A stretch of DNA of 63,935 nt, the filler included, from Kipferlia bialata (taxonomy: Eukaryota), in assembly GCA_003568945.1 (NCBI GenBank). It is 6 parts of 6 records of this genome, joined end to end, with 100 filler letters (N's around TTAATTAATTAA, not from the genome) between each part and the next. Parts side by side here need not be neighbours in the genome. Positions count along the whole stretch, not along the records: positions 39,766 to 52,891 come from BDIP01000986.1; positions 52,992 to 60,702 come from BDIP01000998.1; 4 more parts are not named here. One strand, given 5' to 3'. The position numbers were made by a program, and so were the translations under genes. This document shows, piece after piece, positions 40,311 through 53,094 of this stretch (its first letter is position 1; every line of letters begins with the position of its first letter). Below the pieces are notes generated by a model. It saw only the letters and a program-made list of their open reading frames with translations. It did no database searches and was not told where the DNA came from.

Positions 40311-40957
40311 TCCACTGTGTCTGGGGGGTCAGAAGTATACGTATATCTATCTATCTATATATATCTGTCTATATATATAGCATCAGTATATATATATCTA
40401 TCTATATATATATCATCAGTATATTGTATGGTATACACTAATATATATATATAGAGAGAGAGAGAATACCTGAGTCCATGTGCCAAAGGTACATGCGGTA
40501 GTTCAGTCCACGGGGGCCAAACCTAGTCATCAGAGAGTGTGAATACACGGGTATGTATAAAGAGAGAGAGGGATTTTGAGAGAGAGAGAGAGAACGGGTC
40601 AGTCTACGGGCCAAACCTAGCAGCCAGGGGGAGGGGGGGGGGGAGTGAGCGGCCACAACAGTGATAGTGTCTACAAATATACCCTAACACCCATCAGAGA
40701 GAGAGACACTCCCACACACTTGTACTAACCACACACACGGTACACTCTCACCTGATTAACTAGGCCTAGTAATTAACTAGTTTCACAATATAGTATAATG
40801 TATACCCACCTAACTAGTATCACAGCGAGCGGTGCCTCGGGAGCAACATACACAAACACAGACTTGTGCTGGTGGATAGCAGAGAGTGAGAGAGAGAGAG
40901 AAAGACAGACTTGTGCTGGTGGACAGAGGCAATACCTGAATCAGAGTCGTCAGCCAT
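39766..40957 (-). CDS. 5' exons of a hypothetical protein resembling an uncharacterised bacterial family (3' truncated)
   Basis: Phase-compatible exons give HKSVFVYVAPEAPLAVILVR|FGPRGLNYRMYLWHMDS|DTVEAGQWLMKTK|IWPD. The start codon and first exon are unresolved. Confidence 0.5.
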
Positions 40958-41519
40958 TGCCTAAGATTCTTCTCCTTAGAAGAAGAATGGAGATCAAGAA
41001 GCAGTGTGGTTGAAATTGGAACAACGATTCGGTGAACCGTTGGACTGTCAGTGTGCAATGCACTGCACCTGTCCAACAACGTGTCACTTTGCCAAAAGGG
41101 TTGTGATCCACACTCACTGGCCCAGGACACGGTGTGTATTGTGTATAGATCGAATTTACTATGAGAGTATTACTATGACATGACTTTCTGGCCCACTTTC
41201 CCTACGAGAGGTATGCTCCTCAAGAAGCATCTATCTCTGACTTGAGTCATGTTTTGACCGCAAGGGGGATGACATTACGGTCACACCGAACAACCCTAAG
41301 AGTACAGGATAAGGTATTGATTTAGCCAGAAATATTCGACCCCCTCCCACCATCGGCCGTGAGGTATTGCAAGTTATAATAGTTTGAGTTTTCGCCGACC
41401 TGTTTGCATGTTCAATAGATGCTGCGACTGATACTAGGTTAATACCAATGATAGTGTATAATGTATTAACAGAAATAGGACTCAAGTCATATATTGCCAT
41501 AACACGTTACACGACTGAT

Positions 41520-43898
41520 TCAGGACGGGTGGTAGGTATGAGAGAGCGTCTGGGAGGTTCTACTGTCCAGACGGTCAAGACGCCTCTTGAGCTTGTCAAC
41601 CTGGGGTTACTATGAATAATAGTATGGTATAAAAGAATAGTAATGGAGCATATCTATAAACTACAATATTGATTTACATAACAAAGAAACGAATGTATAT
41701 CATCAATGTCATATGGGCTACCGTCTTCTCTCTCTATCCTCTCTCTCTCTCCGTCTCACACACATAAATGTATATATACATATAAGAGTAACTGTAACTC
41801 TATACACGTGCTATTACGCCACCATCGCTCTCTCCATCTATATTCAAATTCATATATATACCTACTTCTGAGCTACCATCTTCCTCTCCTTCTCCCTCGC
41901 ATCTCTCTCTCTCTCTCTATGGATGCGTATGTGTATATTAACTAATTCACATATATACCTGCTTCTGGGCAACCATCTTCTTCTCCCTCTCTCTCTCTCT
42001 GTCTCTGTGTCTCTCTCTACACACATACATATACTAATATATACATCTATGTATATATATACCTGCTTCTGGGCCACCATCTTCTTCTCTCTCTCCTGCC
42101 TTGCTCTCTGTCTCATAGATAGTCTACCCTGCTCAGAGGTCTTGAACTGATCTGATATAAGGGTCTAGGGAGAGAGGGAGANNNNNNNNNNNNNNNNNNN
42201 NNNNNNNNNNNNNNNNNNNNNNNNNNNNNNNNNNNNGAGAGAGACACACACAGCCCTGCTCAGAGGTCTTGAACTGATCTGATATAAGGGTGTAGGGGGG
42301 GAGAGAAGAATAGGTGTGCAGAGAAAGAGAGATGTAGACTGCCGGCCCCGTGATCACAGTTCCTGTACTGATCTGAAATAAGGGTGTAGAGAGAGAGAGA
42401 GAGAGTACACACCCTTGAGAGTGGCTATGAGTTCGGACTGGTCATGGTGGCCTCTCTCCCTCTCCCTCTCCCTCTGCAGTGCTAGTCGGGCAGGGTCTGG
42501 GATAAGAGAAATCATACACTAATTACACGACTAACACATAATCGTAATCGTCTCATACCCTTGTATCCCATGAGGTGTGTAGGACCATCCATTCACATAT
42601 ACAGGAATATATACATATATGTGTCTATTTCTGACTATATTTGCATATACATAGATATAGACAGAGTACGTCCGTACCTGTGTATTCGATGAGGTCTGAC
42701 AAGACCCTGTATATATGGCTAACTATATGTATATGTCTGATTATATACATATTAATGTATACATATATATCATATATATCATACATATCATATATATATC
42801 ATATATAACTATACCCGTATACCTCATGAGGTGTCTGAGAGGGCCATATCTTACATATCTACACACACAGACATATCTACACACACAGACATATATATAT
42901 ATATACAGAGAGAGAGAGATTACTATACCTGTGTACCCCATGAGGTCTGACAGGGCCATGGCTGGAGAGGCACTGGGGTGAACAGAAGGGTATATGGAGA
43001 GAGAGAGAGAATATGCAGGGAGAGACACTGGCGTGAGTGAAGGGAGGTTACAGAAGTGTAGAGTGTAAAGGGTGAAAGGACACACCAAGTTGTGAATAGT
43101 GGATGATAAGGATATACGCACAAGTACCCAGATGCACTGGTCCTGGGCACCCTGGTAGCTATATAGATGCACCCATATACAGATACATGCATGCATACAT
43201 ACACATATATATATATATGTATCCACGTATCTATACCTTGTGTGTGTATTGATATGTATATCCACGTATATATACCTTGATGCACTGGCCCTAGGCACCC
43301 TGGGACTGGCTGTGGTCCTGTACCTAGTGGGAGTGCATATATACATACAAGTATATACATATATATNNNNNNNNNNNNNNNNNNNNNNNNNNNNNNNNNN
43401 NNNNNNNNNNNNNNNNNNNNNNNNNNNATAGAATATATATATATAAGTACCCTGGGACTGGCAGTGGTCCTGTACCTAGTGGTAGGGTGTATGTATAAGT
43501 ATATATATAAAATAGTATATATTAGTATATACATATAGTATATATATACAAGTACCCTGGGACTGGCTGTGGTCCTGTACCTAGATATCAGCCAATACAT
43601 ATCAGTCAATGGATATACTTTGAAGAGTGTGTATAGAGTATCACATGTAGTAATGGTCCTGTACCTAGGTGTCAGTCAATACACATTCATATACAGCATT
43701 GAGAATAGTACTGTCAATACTATTCACTGTATACAAACAATACCTGTATGGCGACTGGGGCTTAATTTCTCTCTCTCCCATACTCTGTATCAATATATAC
43801 TATTTATACTATCATATACACATGTATAACACTATATATACCTGTATGGCGACTGGGGCCTGGCTGTCTCTCTGTCTCTGTCTTTCTCTCTACAAATA

Positions 43899-43932
<34 letters not shown>

Positions 43933-44017
43933 GTATACCTGTATGGCGACTGGGGCCGTGTTGTCCTGGAAACCCGGGAGGGAGAGGCAGGGACACCAAG
44001 CTAGGGTTAGTTTGGAC

Positions 44018-44058
<41 letters not shown>

Positions 44059-44357
44059 GCGGGAGGGGGAGGCTGGGACACCCAACTGGGGTCAGATAGG
44101 CACACACACAGACACACACACACACACACACATATATATATGGAGAGAGAGAGATAGAGAGAGAGTGCGTGTGTGAGGGGGACGCAGGGACACCAAGCTA
44201 GGATTAAATAGGCATATGTATTGAGGGAGAAGGAGGGGGTATACAGCAAAATCATACACATACATATACACACACACACACATACATATTCATAAACAAC
44301 AGTGTACCTGGCTCCTAATCAACTGAGCTGCCTTAATCTGGCCCAGCTGTGCCTCAG

Positions 44358-44394
<37 letters not shown>

Positions 44395-44469
44395 GTATAT
44401 AGAATATACATTAACTCACTTGACTCCTAATAAGTTGGGCTGCCTTCATCTGGCCCAGCTGTGCCTCGG

Positions 44470-44501
<32 letters not shown>

Positions 44502-46769
44502 AATATAATAACATACAATAGAGTATTAGTACCTGGCTCCTGATTAGTTGGGCTGCCTTCATATGACCTAACTGTGCCTCGGTCTCCTGTAACTTGTGGT
44601 CACGGGCCTAGATGGTTAGAGGGTGTAGGGAGAGAGAGCGAGCGAAGGTACCTTCACTTGGCTCTTGAGCTGGTCTGATCTTTACACATTTTCTATATAT
44701 ATATATGTTATTCTATATATACACTATATAAATATATTCACTACTATATACCTTCACTTGACTCTTGAGCTGGTGGATCATGCTGCTATTTACATTTACA
44801 CTATATATACATATATATACTAAACGACTTTATATATACTATACTACATACAAGTATATTTACTACTATACCTTCACTTGGCTCTTGAGCTGGTCGATCA
44901 TGCTCTGCTGATATATACATGNNNNNNNNNNNNNNNNNNNNNNNNNNNNNNNNNNNNNNNNNNNNNNNNNNNNNNNNNNNNNNNNNNNNNNNNNNNNNNN
45001 NNNNNNNNNNNNNNNNNNNNNNNNNNNNNNNNNNNNNNNNNNNNNNNNNNNNNNNNNNNNNNNNNNNNNNNNNNNNNNNNNNNNNNNNNNNNNNNNNNNN
45101 NNNNNNNNNNNNNNNNNNNNNNNNNNNNNNNNNNNNNATATATATATATATACCTTCACTTGGCTCTTGAGCTGGTCGATCATGCTCTGCTGTTCCAACA
45201 GACTCACTCTCCTGCTCTCAAGGGTGAGGCTGATATTAGGGGTGTACAGGGAGAAGAGAGAAAGAGAGAGAGAGAGAGTATAAGCGGTGTACAGGGAGAG
45301 AGACATATCAACAAGCATACATATGTGTCGTCTCATCACTAACCTTAGGCTCTCGACATCCTTGGCAGTGGCACTAAGGGACCTGGGTGTCAGTATATAT
45401 ATATATATATATGAATACTATATATGTGGAATGTTTACAATAGACATATCCTACACTATACTATAGATATATATATACTCATCTATATACTATAGATATA
45501 TACATACAAATACCATATCATTGGCAGTGGCACCGGGTGTCAGGACACACTCCTGTCAGTTCATTATACATACTATACATACTATTTATACTATTCTACA
45601 TATATATATATATATATTCTACTCACATATACGTGCACATGTATACAAACACAGAAACCTGTATGATATATAACACAAATGATTTTCTCATCTATTGCGT
45701 CTCTCCAGAGCTACCACTCTATATGCATATACTATATATACTATATATATATACACAGACCCCGACGCAGTCACCATTATACTATACACTAAATAATATT
45801 ATATACTCTATATACTCTATTATATTTATACGCATGTGGAATATTCTCACCTGTTGCGTCTCTCCAGAGCTACCACCTGCTCTTCAAGAGAGGCAATTCG
45901 ACGGGACTGGTGTTAAGGGTATATATTTATATATAGAGATAGAGAGAGAGAAAGATTTAGGGAGGATATCCTGCGGGACTGGTGTTAAGGATATAGAGAG
46001 AGAGAGAGAGGAAGGGATACCGAGTTAATTTGTTATTAGTAATTAGTAATTTGATATTTGCTATTAGGTGTAGAAAGCGATATGGATAGAGAGAGGTATA
46101 ATTAGTCCACACAAACCCGCTGCACATGTGTAGAGAGAGAGACTGTTACGCTAGAACCGGTTAATGGAATGATAGGTGACACACATATACATCTAAATAC
46201 ATACCTAAATACATACCTGTGTGTCTATGTGAGTCTCTCTGTCCCCGAGTCTAGCAGTTCTCTATCTCTCTTCCTCTCATTACATATATACATATATTAT
46301 AATACCTGTGTGTCGATGTGTGTCTCTCTGTCCCTGAGTCTAGCTGTCAGGGCACCATCGGTAGAGAGAGGGGGAGAGAACTTGGCCTGGAGTGAATAAA
46401 GGGTATATGAGGGGAGAGAGAGGGAGATAGAGGGGGGGAGAACTTGGCCTGGGGTGAACAAGGGTGTAGGGAGAGAGACATACATATATGGCTCCCCTTT
46501 TGCGTCTCTGAAAGGAGGCTCTCGATATACATAAAATATCACACTGAATACCTCACAATCTTCTTAAGTTGAGCCACCTAAGCTCCCTCTCAATCCCCAG
46601 GTATATATATACACAAACAATATCGCACATACCATAGCTCTTGCGGTCCTTAACTGAGCAACCATCTCTCTCTCTCTCTCTGTCTCTCTCTCTCTCTCTA
46701 TATATATATACATACCTTAGCCTTTGCGGTCTTTAACTGAGCCACCATCTCTCTCTCTCTCTCTGTGTG

Positions 46770-46805
<36 letters not shown>

Positions 46806-46939
46806 CATACCTTGGTCTTTGCTGCCTTGAGCTGGGCCACCAGATATCTATCTCTCTCCCCCACTATATATACATATATGTATATACTAACACATATTTG
46901 TACCTTGGTCTTTGCTGCCTTGAGCTGAGCAACCAGATA

Positions 46940-46970
<31 letters not shown>

Positions 46971-49900
46971 TTACATATATATACCTTGGTCTTTGCTGCC
47001 TTGAGCTGAGCAACCAGATCAGAGTTGGTGGACTGATGGGTAAGAAGAGAACAATGAGTGATACTCTAGCATAGTAAAGGTATATGCAATAGATAATATA
47101 CAATACAGGGAGAAAGAAATCTGTATTGACACAATCTACCAGAATATGAGTATACATATCCAATACCTAGTCTGTGTACGGCAGCATCTCTCCCTCTCTC
47201 TCTCTATATATATACATACTATATGTACTATATATACTATATATATATATTTCTATACCTCCAGTCTGTGTACTGTAGCCTCGGCCTGCCTCAGCTTCAG
47301 AGCGGCACTGTCTCTCTCTCTCTCTCTCTCTCTCTCCCTCTCACGGTCCTGAGCAGAAGCCTGAAATTAAGGGTGCAGAGAGAGAGAGAGAGAGTGAACG
47401 AGAAATGAGGGAGTGTTTGTATGTGTGAGAGACAGAGATCCCCACCTGAGATCCCACTGCAGCCAGTCTCTCCCTAGCCTCCTCTGCCTCTCTCTCTCTC
47501 TCCCTGGCTGTCCTTTCAACTCTCTCCAGTCGCTGGGAGAGGTCACGGCACCTGGTGCGCTCGGCCTGTCTTAGGGGTGCATAGTAGATGAGTAAATACA
47601 ATATCGTGTAATTATGTTGCAGAGATGGTACTAAAGCACCTAAGAGGTAAGAATACTGGCTGAATAAATATATATATATATACCTCGAGAGCGTCTGTCA
47701 GTCTTACACGGTCCCGGTCGGTCTGCTCTCTCTCCCTCTCGGTTCTCTCTCTCTCGGCCTCTAGGGAACGGACACGCTCAGACTGATAATAAGGGTTTAC
47801 ATATATACTAATGTATTGACATGCAGGACCAGAGTGGATATAGATATATACACGCTCAGACTGATGTCAAGGGCAAGGTACAATATACACAAGAGTATAT
47901 CGAGATATATTGTATGATACAATTGTGTCTAGTATACCTGTAGTGCCATAGTGGACCTCACTGACTGCAGCTCCCTCTCATAACACATTACATTACATCA
48001 ATATACATATATATATTACTATATATATATATATACCTGCATAGATAGAGTGGACCTCACTGACTGCAGCTCCCTCTCAGTCTCAGACACGGCACAGGAC
48101 AGGGCGGCGGCCTAATAGTAAGAGATAAGTGTAGATTGAAACATATATATTGTCATTAAAGAGATAAGAGAGAGAGAGAGAGACACGGCACAGGACAGGG
48201 CAGCGGCCTGAATGTTAGAAGTAGCAATAGTACAAGAGAAGTGTAATAACCATATTGTAACAATAGTAATAAAGGTAAGGCAATATAGTCTCAGACACGG
48301 CACAGCAGAGGGCAGCAGTCCATTAATATTAGGAGTAACAAGAATTATATATATATACATATATATATAATAGATATAATATACATATACAGCTATACCT
48401 CACTGCGCTCTCTCTCGAGTGTTGACCTATCCCCCTCTAGTCCCTCAAGAGTGTGTGCCCAGTCCCTTCTCTCTCTCTCAAAGGTCTCAGTCTCTCTCTC
48501 TCTCTCTGCTCTCTCTCTGGCTAGGGTCTCTCTCTCCCTCTGCAGAGAGAGAGAAGTCTTAGACAGGGCGTCCTGGGCAGCTGCTCTCTCTCTCTCCCTC
48601 TCCCTTCTCTCCCTCTCGGTCTCCACCATGAGAGTCTGTAACTGAGACTTGGCCTGATGTCAGTATCAGTAAGGGTATCGGCATCGTTAGAAGCTGGTGT
48701 GTGGTTCCATTCCGTTCAAGTGGACTGAAGGCGCATTACTCTCCTCGTGTACACTGGCATATTCCAATAGTGTACACCATGTATCTATATATATGTAATT
48801 GCACCATATATATATGTATACTAGCTCATCTAACTGGCCCTTCATACAAGCAGTTCCATCCCTCTCAGCCTGCATGTACTTCATAATAATACAGATAGAT
48901 AGATATATACATAGAGAGTGAACACATACCTCGTCCAACTGAACCTTCATGGCAGAAGCCCCCTCCCTCTCAGCCTGCATGGACAGGGTGGTCTCGTCAA
49001 GGGAAGACTGGAAATTAAGATACATTATACCTTAACAATCACAAGTTATACTACTATATATACAATATGTATATGTGCCTGCATGGAGAGGGTGGTCTCA
49101 TCTAGGGAGGACTGGGGGTAAGGATGTATGTTCCGTATCAAAACTACAGTAAAACATACTTAAATATAATTACACATGAAAGATGGTTAATTCGGATATT
49201 TTACTGTAAATGGAAATTCACAACATATATACTACTATGGTGGGTGGTCTCGTCAAGGGAGGACTGCAGGTTATATGAATATATATACACATATACAAAT
49301 ACACATGTAACTACGTATATATGGGCATATGTTGCATGGAGAGGGTGGTCTCGTCAAGGGAGGCCTGCGGGTAAAAGCGACACAAGAACCGCAACACCGT
49401 AACACATTCATATATATCCTGCGAGGGACTCAAGTCAATATATGTATATATATACACACATATATATATAGTATACCTCCAGACTGGCTATTGATGCAAG
49501 TAGGTCACTTCTGGCAGACACGGCAGCGTCACGCTCAGACTCCCTGGGGGTAAAAATGCTAAAACCGCCATCACTATAGGTAAATACCATAAGAGCAGAG
49601 AACTATTTGTAATACAATAACTGAGACTCCTGGGGGTCAATGTGCTAAGAATGCCCTACTATGCAAAGACTCATTATCAGAGCAAAAGTGGCTATCGGTA
49701 TAGTAAGTATATGACCGCTGATTTACCTCAGCTGCACGAGAGATGTCAGAGCCTCCACATCGCCAGAGAGTCTCTCTCTCTCTCGCTCCTCTGCGTCCCT
49801 CTCTTCCTGCAGAGTCCGGATCTCTCTCTCTCTCTCCTCCTTAAGAGAGTTAAGCTCCTGACATCAGACGAACTATATATATATATATAACAATGTATAT

Positions 49901-52835
49901 ACAATACATATAATACAAATGAAAAAAGACGTCAGAGGAAAATGTATCAGTATCAATATGTGTATATGAGGGTGATGAATGGGGTAGCGTGTCCATAGCT
50001 AACCGTGACGCAAGCAGGACAATAAATACACATATACACGAATTTGTATATAACACTGAATACATATAAATGGATATAAAGTGCACCTGCATGATTTGTA
50101 TATATCACTGAATACATATAAATGGATATTAAGGGTACCTGCTTGAAGAAAATATATATAGTATATATAGTATATATAGTATATATTAATAGTATATATT
50201 AATTAATGCATAGATTATGATACCTGCTTGAGACCCTCGAGCTCAGCATTCTCTCCCTCTCTCCCCCTCTCTCTCTCTGCCTGACAGGTGAGCCAGAATT
50301 AGAATATAAATAGGAATACAAATAGAATATAACAGAAATATGGGTGTAGGTGGAGTGCCAGATGGAAGTATAGGAGCAACTCATAGAATTACATTAATGA
50401 GGATACGATGTAGAGAGGACGTCATTACAGATGCAAATCGAGAAAGAGATACACCAAATACCTCCAGAGCTGCATGAGCAGCGTCTCTCTCCTCCTCTAG
50501 ACCCTTCAGGGTGAGAACCATCTGCTCCTTCTCTGCCTGGAGACTCTCTCTCTCCTCGTCTGAAGCAGAGACTCTCTCCCTCTCAGTGTCTCTCTCTCCC
50601 TCTACACCCTTCAGTGTCTCTGTCAGCCTGTCTCTCTCCCCCTCAATGGTAGCGAGAGAGAGGGATAGGGTGGAGATACGAGACTCAAGGGCAGATGTGC
50701 CAGCACCCTTCTCTCTCTGCATCTCAGCATTGGCAGCAGCGAGTGTCTCTCTCTCTTGCTGTGACTTCTCTAGAGATGCAGATAATCTCTCTCTCTCCTT
50801 CTCTACCTTCTCTCTCTCCCTCTCTGCCTCCTCCAGAGATGCCCTCAGTGTGACAACATCACTCTGCATGCCAAGGTACTGCTCTCTCTGCCTCTCCCTC
50901 TCTTCCTGCTCAGCTGAGTGTCAGTAGGAGTATGATAAAATTACTGTCAACGAGTGATATACACATATATGTCGGTATGAGTATGATAATAACTGTGTCA
51001 ATGTGAGTATGCATAGGTAATATACATATAAAACATATAATAATATTGTTTAATATACACATATATGTATATATATTACAATATATATTACACATATGTA
51101 AATATATAACAGTATATAATATACACACATATATATATACATACCTGCCAGAGTGCCATTGAGAGCAGACACATTGGCCTCGAGTCTCTCTCTCTCCCTC
51201 TCAAGATTCTCTCTCTCCTTCTGAGACTCTTCAAGTGAGAGTCTCAGCCCATCTCTCTCTCTCTTTAGAGCATCTCTCTCTCTCTCAACCTCAGCCTTGG
51301 CCGTTTCTACCCCCTGAGCAAGCCTCTCTCTCTCCCTCTCTGCCTCCTCCAGAGATGAAGATAGTCTCTCTCTCTCTTGCTCTGACAGCTCAAGGGAGTC
51401 TCTGAGAGCAGACACCTCTCCCTCCCTGCTCTCTCTCTCTTCCTTGAGTGAAGCCTCGAGAGTATCAATCTGACCCTCCCTCTCAGAGAGAGAGAGAGCC
51501 TTCTCGCCAAGAGTGTCGTTCAGTCTCTCTCTCTCTCTCTCCCCCTCGGAGATAGATGTCTGCAGTCTCTCTCTCTCTCTCTCCCCCTCTGATAGAGATG
51601 CCTTGAGAGCACTAACCTCGGCACGAAGGAGCTCCATCTCTCTCTCTCTCTCCTCCTCTCCCTCTCTGGAATCCTTGGCCAGTTCCAACTCTCCCTCAAG
51701 GCGCCGAGCTGTCTCTCTCTCCCCCTTAATGGTCTCCTTAAGCTGCCCAACCTCACTCACTAGAGTATTCCTCTCTCTCTCGGTGTCTGATGCCAGAGTC
51801 TCCAGTCTCTCTCTCTCTCTCTCTCCCTTAGACAGAGACTCCTTGAGGGTAGTAACCTCAGACTGCAAGGCGGCGAGGGCTTCTCTCTCTCTCTGCCTCT
51901 CTGCCTCTAGACCCTTCTGTGTCTCGGCCCACTCCTCTCTCTCTCTCTCGATAGTCGTTCTCTCTCTCTGAAGCTCGGCTGTTAGTCTTGTGCGGTACTC
52001 CTGCGATTAGAATTGACAGAAGGCCCATAGATATAAATACATCTATCTCTATCTCTCTCTATATATATGTATACACTCCTACTCCTGAGTCTTGTTCCCT
52101 CGGCATACATACACATAGAGTGCATGTCCACCTCTCTCTCTGTAAATAGATATGAATATATTATATGTATACATTATATGTATATACTATATGTATATAT
52201 TATACCCATAACCACCCACCCTCTCCTGCGTCCTAAGTGTCTCAGCAGCCACTATTGACTTCTCCCTTTCGGCATCTCTCTCTTCCTCCAGACCCCTTTG
52301 GGACAGTACCAACTCCTCTCTCTCCCTCTCAAGCTTCTGTGGTGAGTACAACGCTAGAGATACTCCTAAGAGGTATTCTACACTACTAATAGAAGAAGGT
52401 AAGCGTAGAATATGAATATATGGATATAGTACCTGTAGGTTGGCCTTCACAGCCTCTCTTTCTCCCTCCACTCTCTATATATACATATATATATATAAAT
52501 GTTCAGATTGTTTACTTACCTGAACCCTCTCGAGTGCCGACCCGGCAGCTCTCTCACTGTCCTCTCTCTCTCTCTGGATCTCGGCCATCTGAGAGGAGTG
52601 GAGGGCCTGAAATGAGGGGGTAGCTAGTACATATCTGAATACATGTTAAGAATAATATATAAATATATATATATACATATCATAATCATACCTCCCATGC
52701 TCTCTTGGCCTCCTTGACAGCACGTCTCTCTCTCTCTCTCTCTATATGTGTATATACATATGAACATATATATATATATATATATATATGGATATATATA
52801 TACCTCCCATGCTCTCTTGGCCTCCTTGACTGCAC

Positions 52836-52838
<3 letters not shown>
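41520..52838 (-). CDS. Very long E/R-rich coiled-coil protein (5' truncated), many exons
   Basis: Large heptad-rich exons (51145-52003, 50462-50923, 48399-48654) and many small GT-AG exons. The last exon reads VDKLKRRLDRLDSRTSQTLSHTYHPS*. No family recognised. Confidence 0.75.

Positions 52839-52850
<12 letters not shown>
41716..52850 (-). repeat. Serial intronic partial copies of adjacent exon edges throughout the coiled-coil gene
   Basis: Examples: three versions in 44308-44608, four in 44651-45230, six in 46551-47032 and five in 48824-49365. Confidence 0.9.
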
Positions 52851-52879
<29 letters not shown>

Positions 52880-52891
52880 GTATATATATAT

Positions 52892-52991
52892 NNNNNNNNN
52901 NNNNNNNNNNNNNNNNNNNNNNNNNNNNNNNNNNNTTAATTAATTAANNNNNNNNNNNNNNNNNNNNNNNNNNNNNNNNNNNNNNNNNNNN
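52892..52991. other. Artificial contig linker
   Basis: N44-TTAATTAATTAA-N44. Confidence 0.97.
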
Positions 52992-53001
52992 GCGGGGGAG
53001 G

Positions 53002-53038
<37 letters not shown>

Positions 53039-53094
53039 GGAAGAGTAGTGGCAGAACACACAATAGAGCATGGTACTTGGCCAAGGGTGTGTAC

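Noticed and set aside
50511..51971. + strand ORFs rich in SLSLS
   Set aside because: Antisense shadows of the ER-rich coiled-coil exons.
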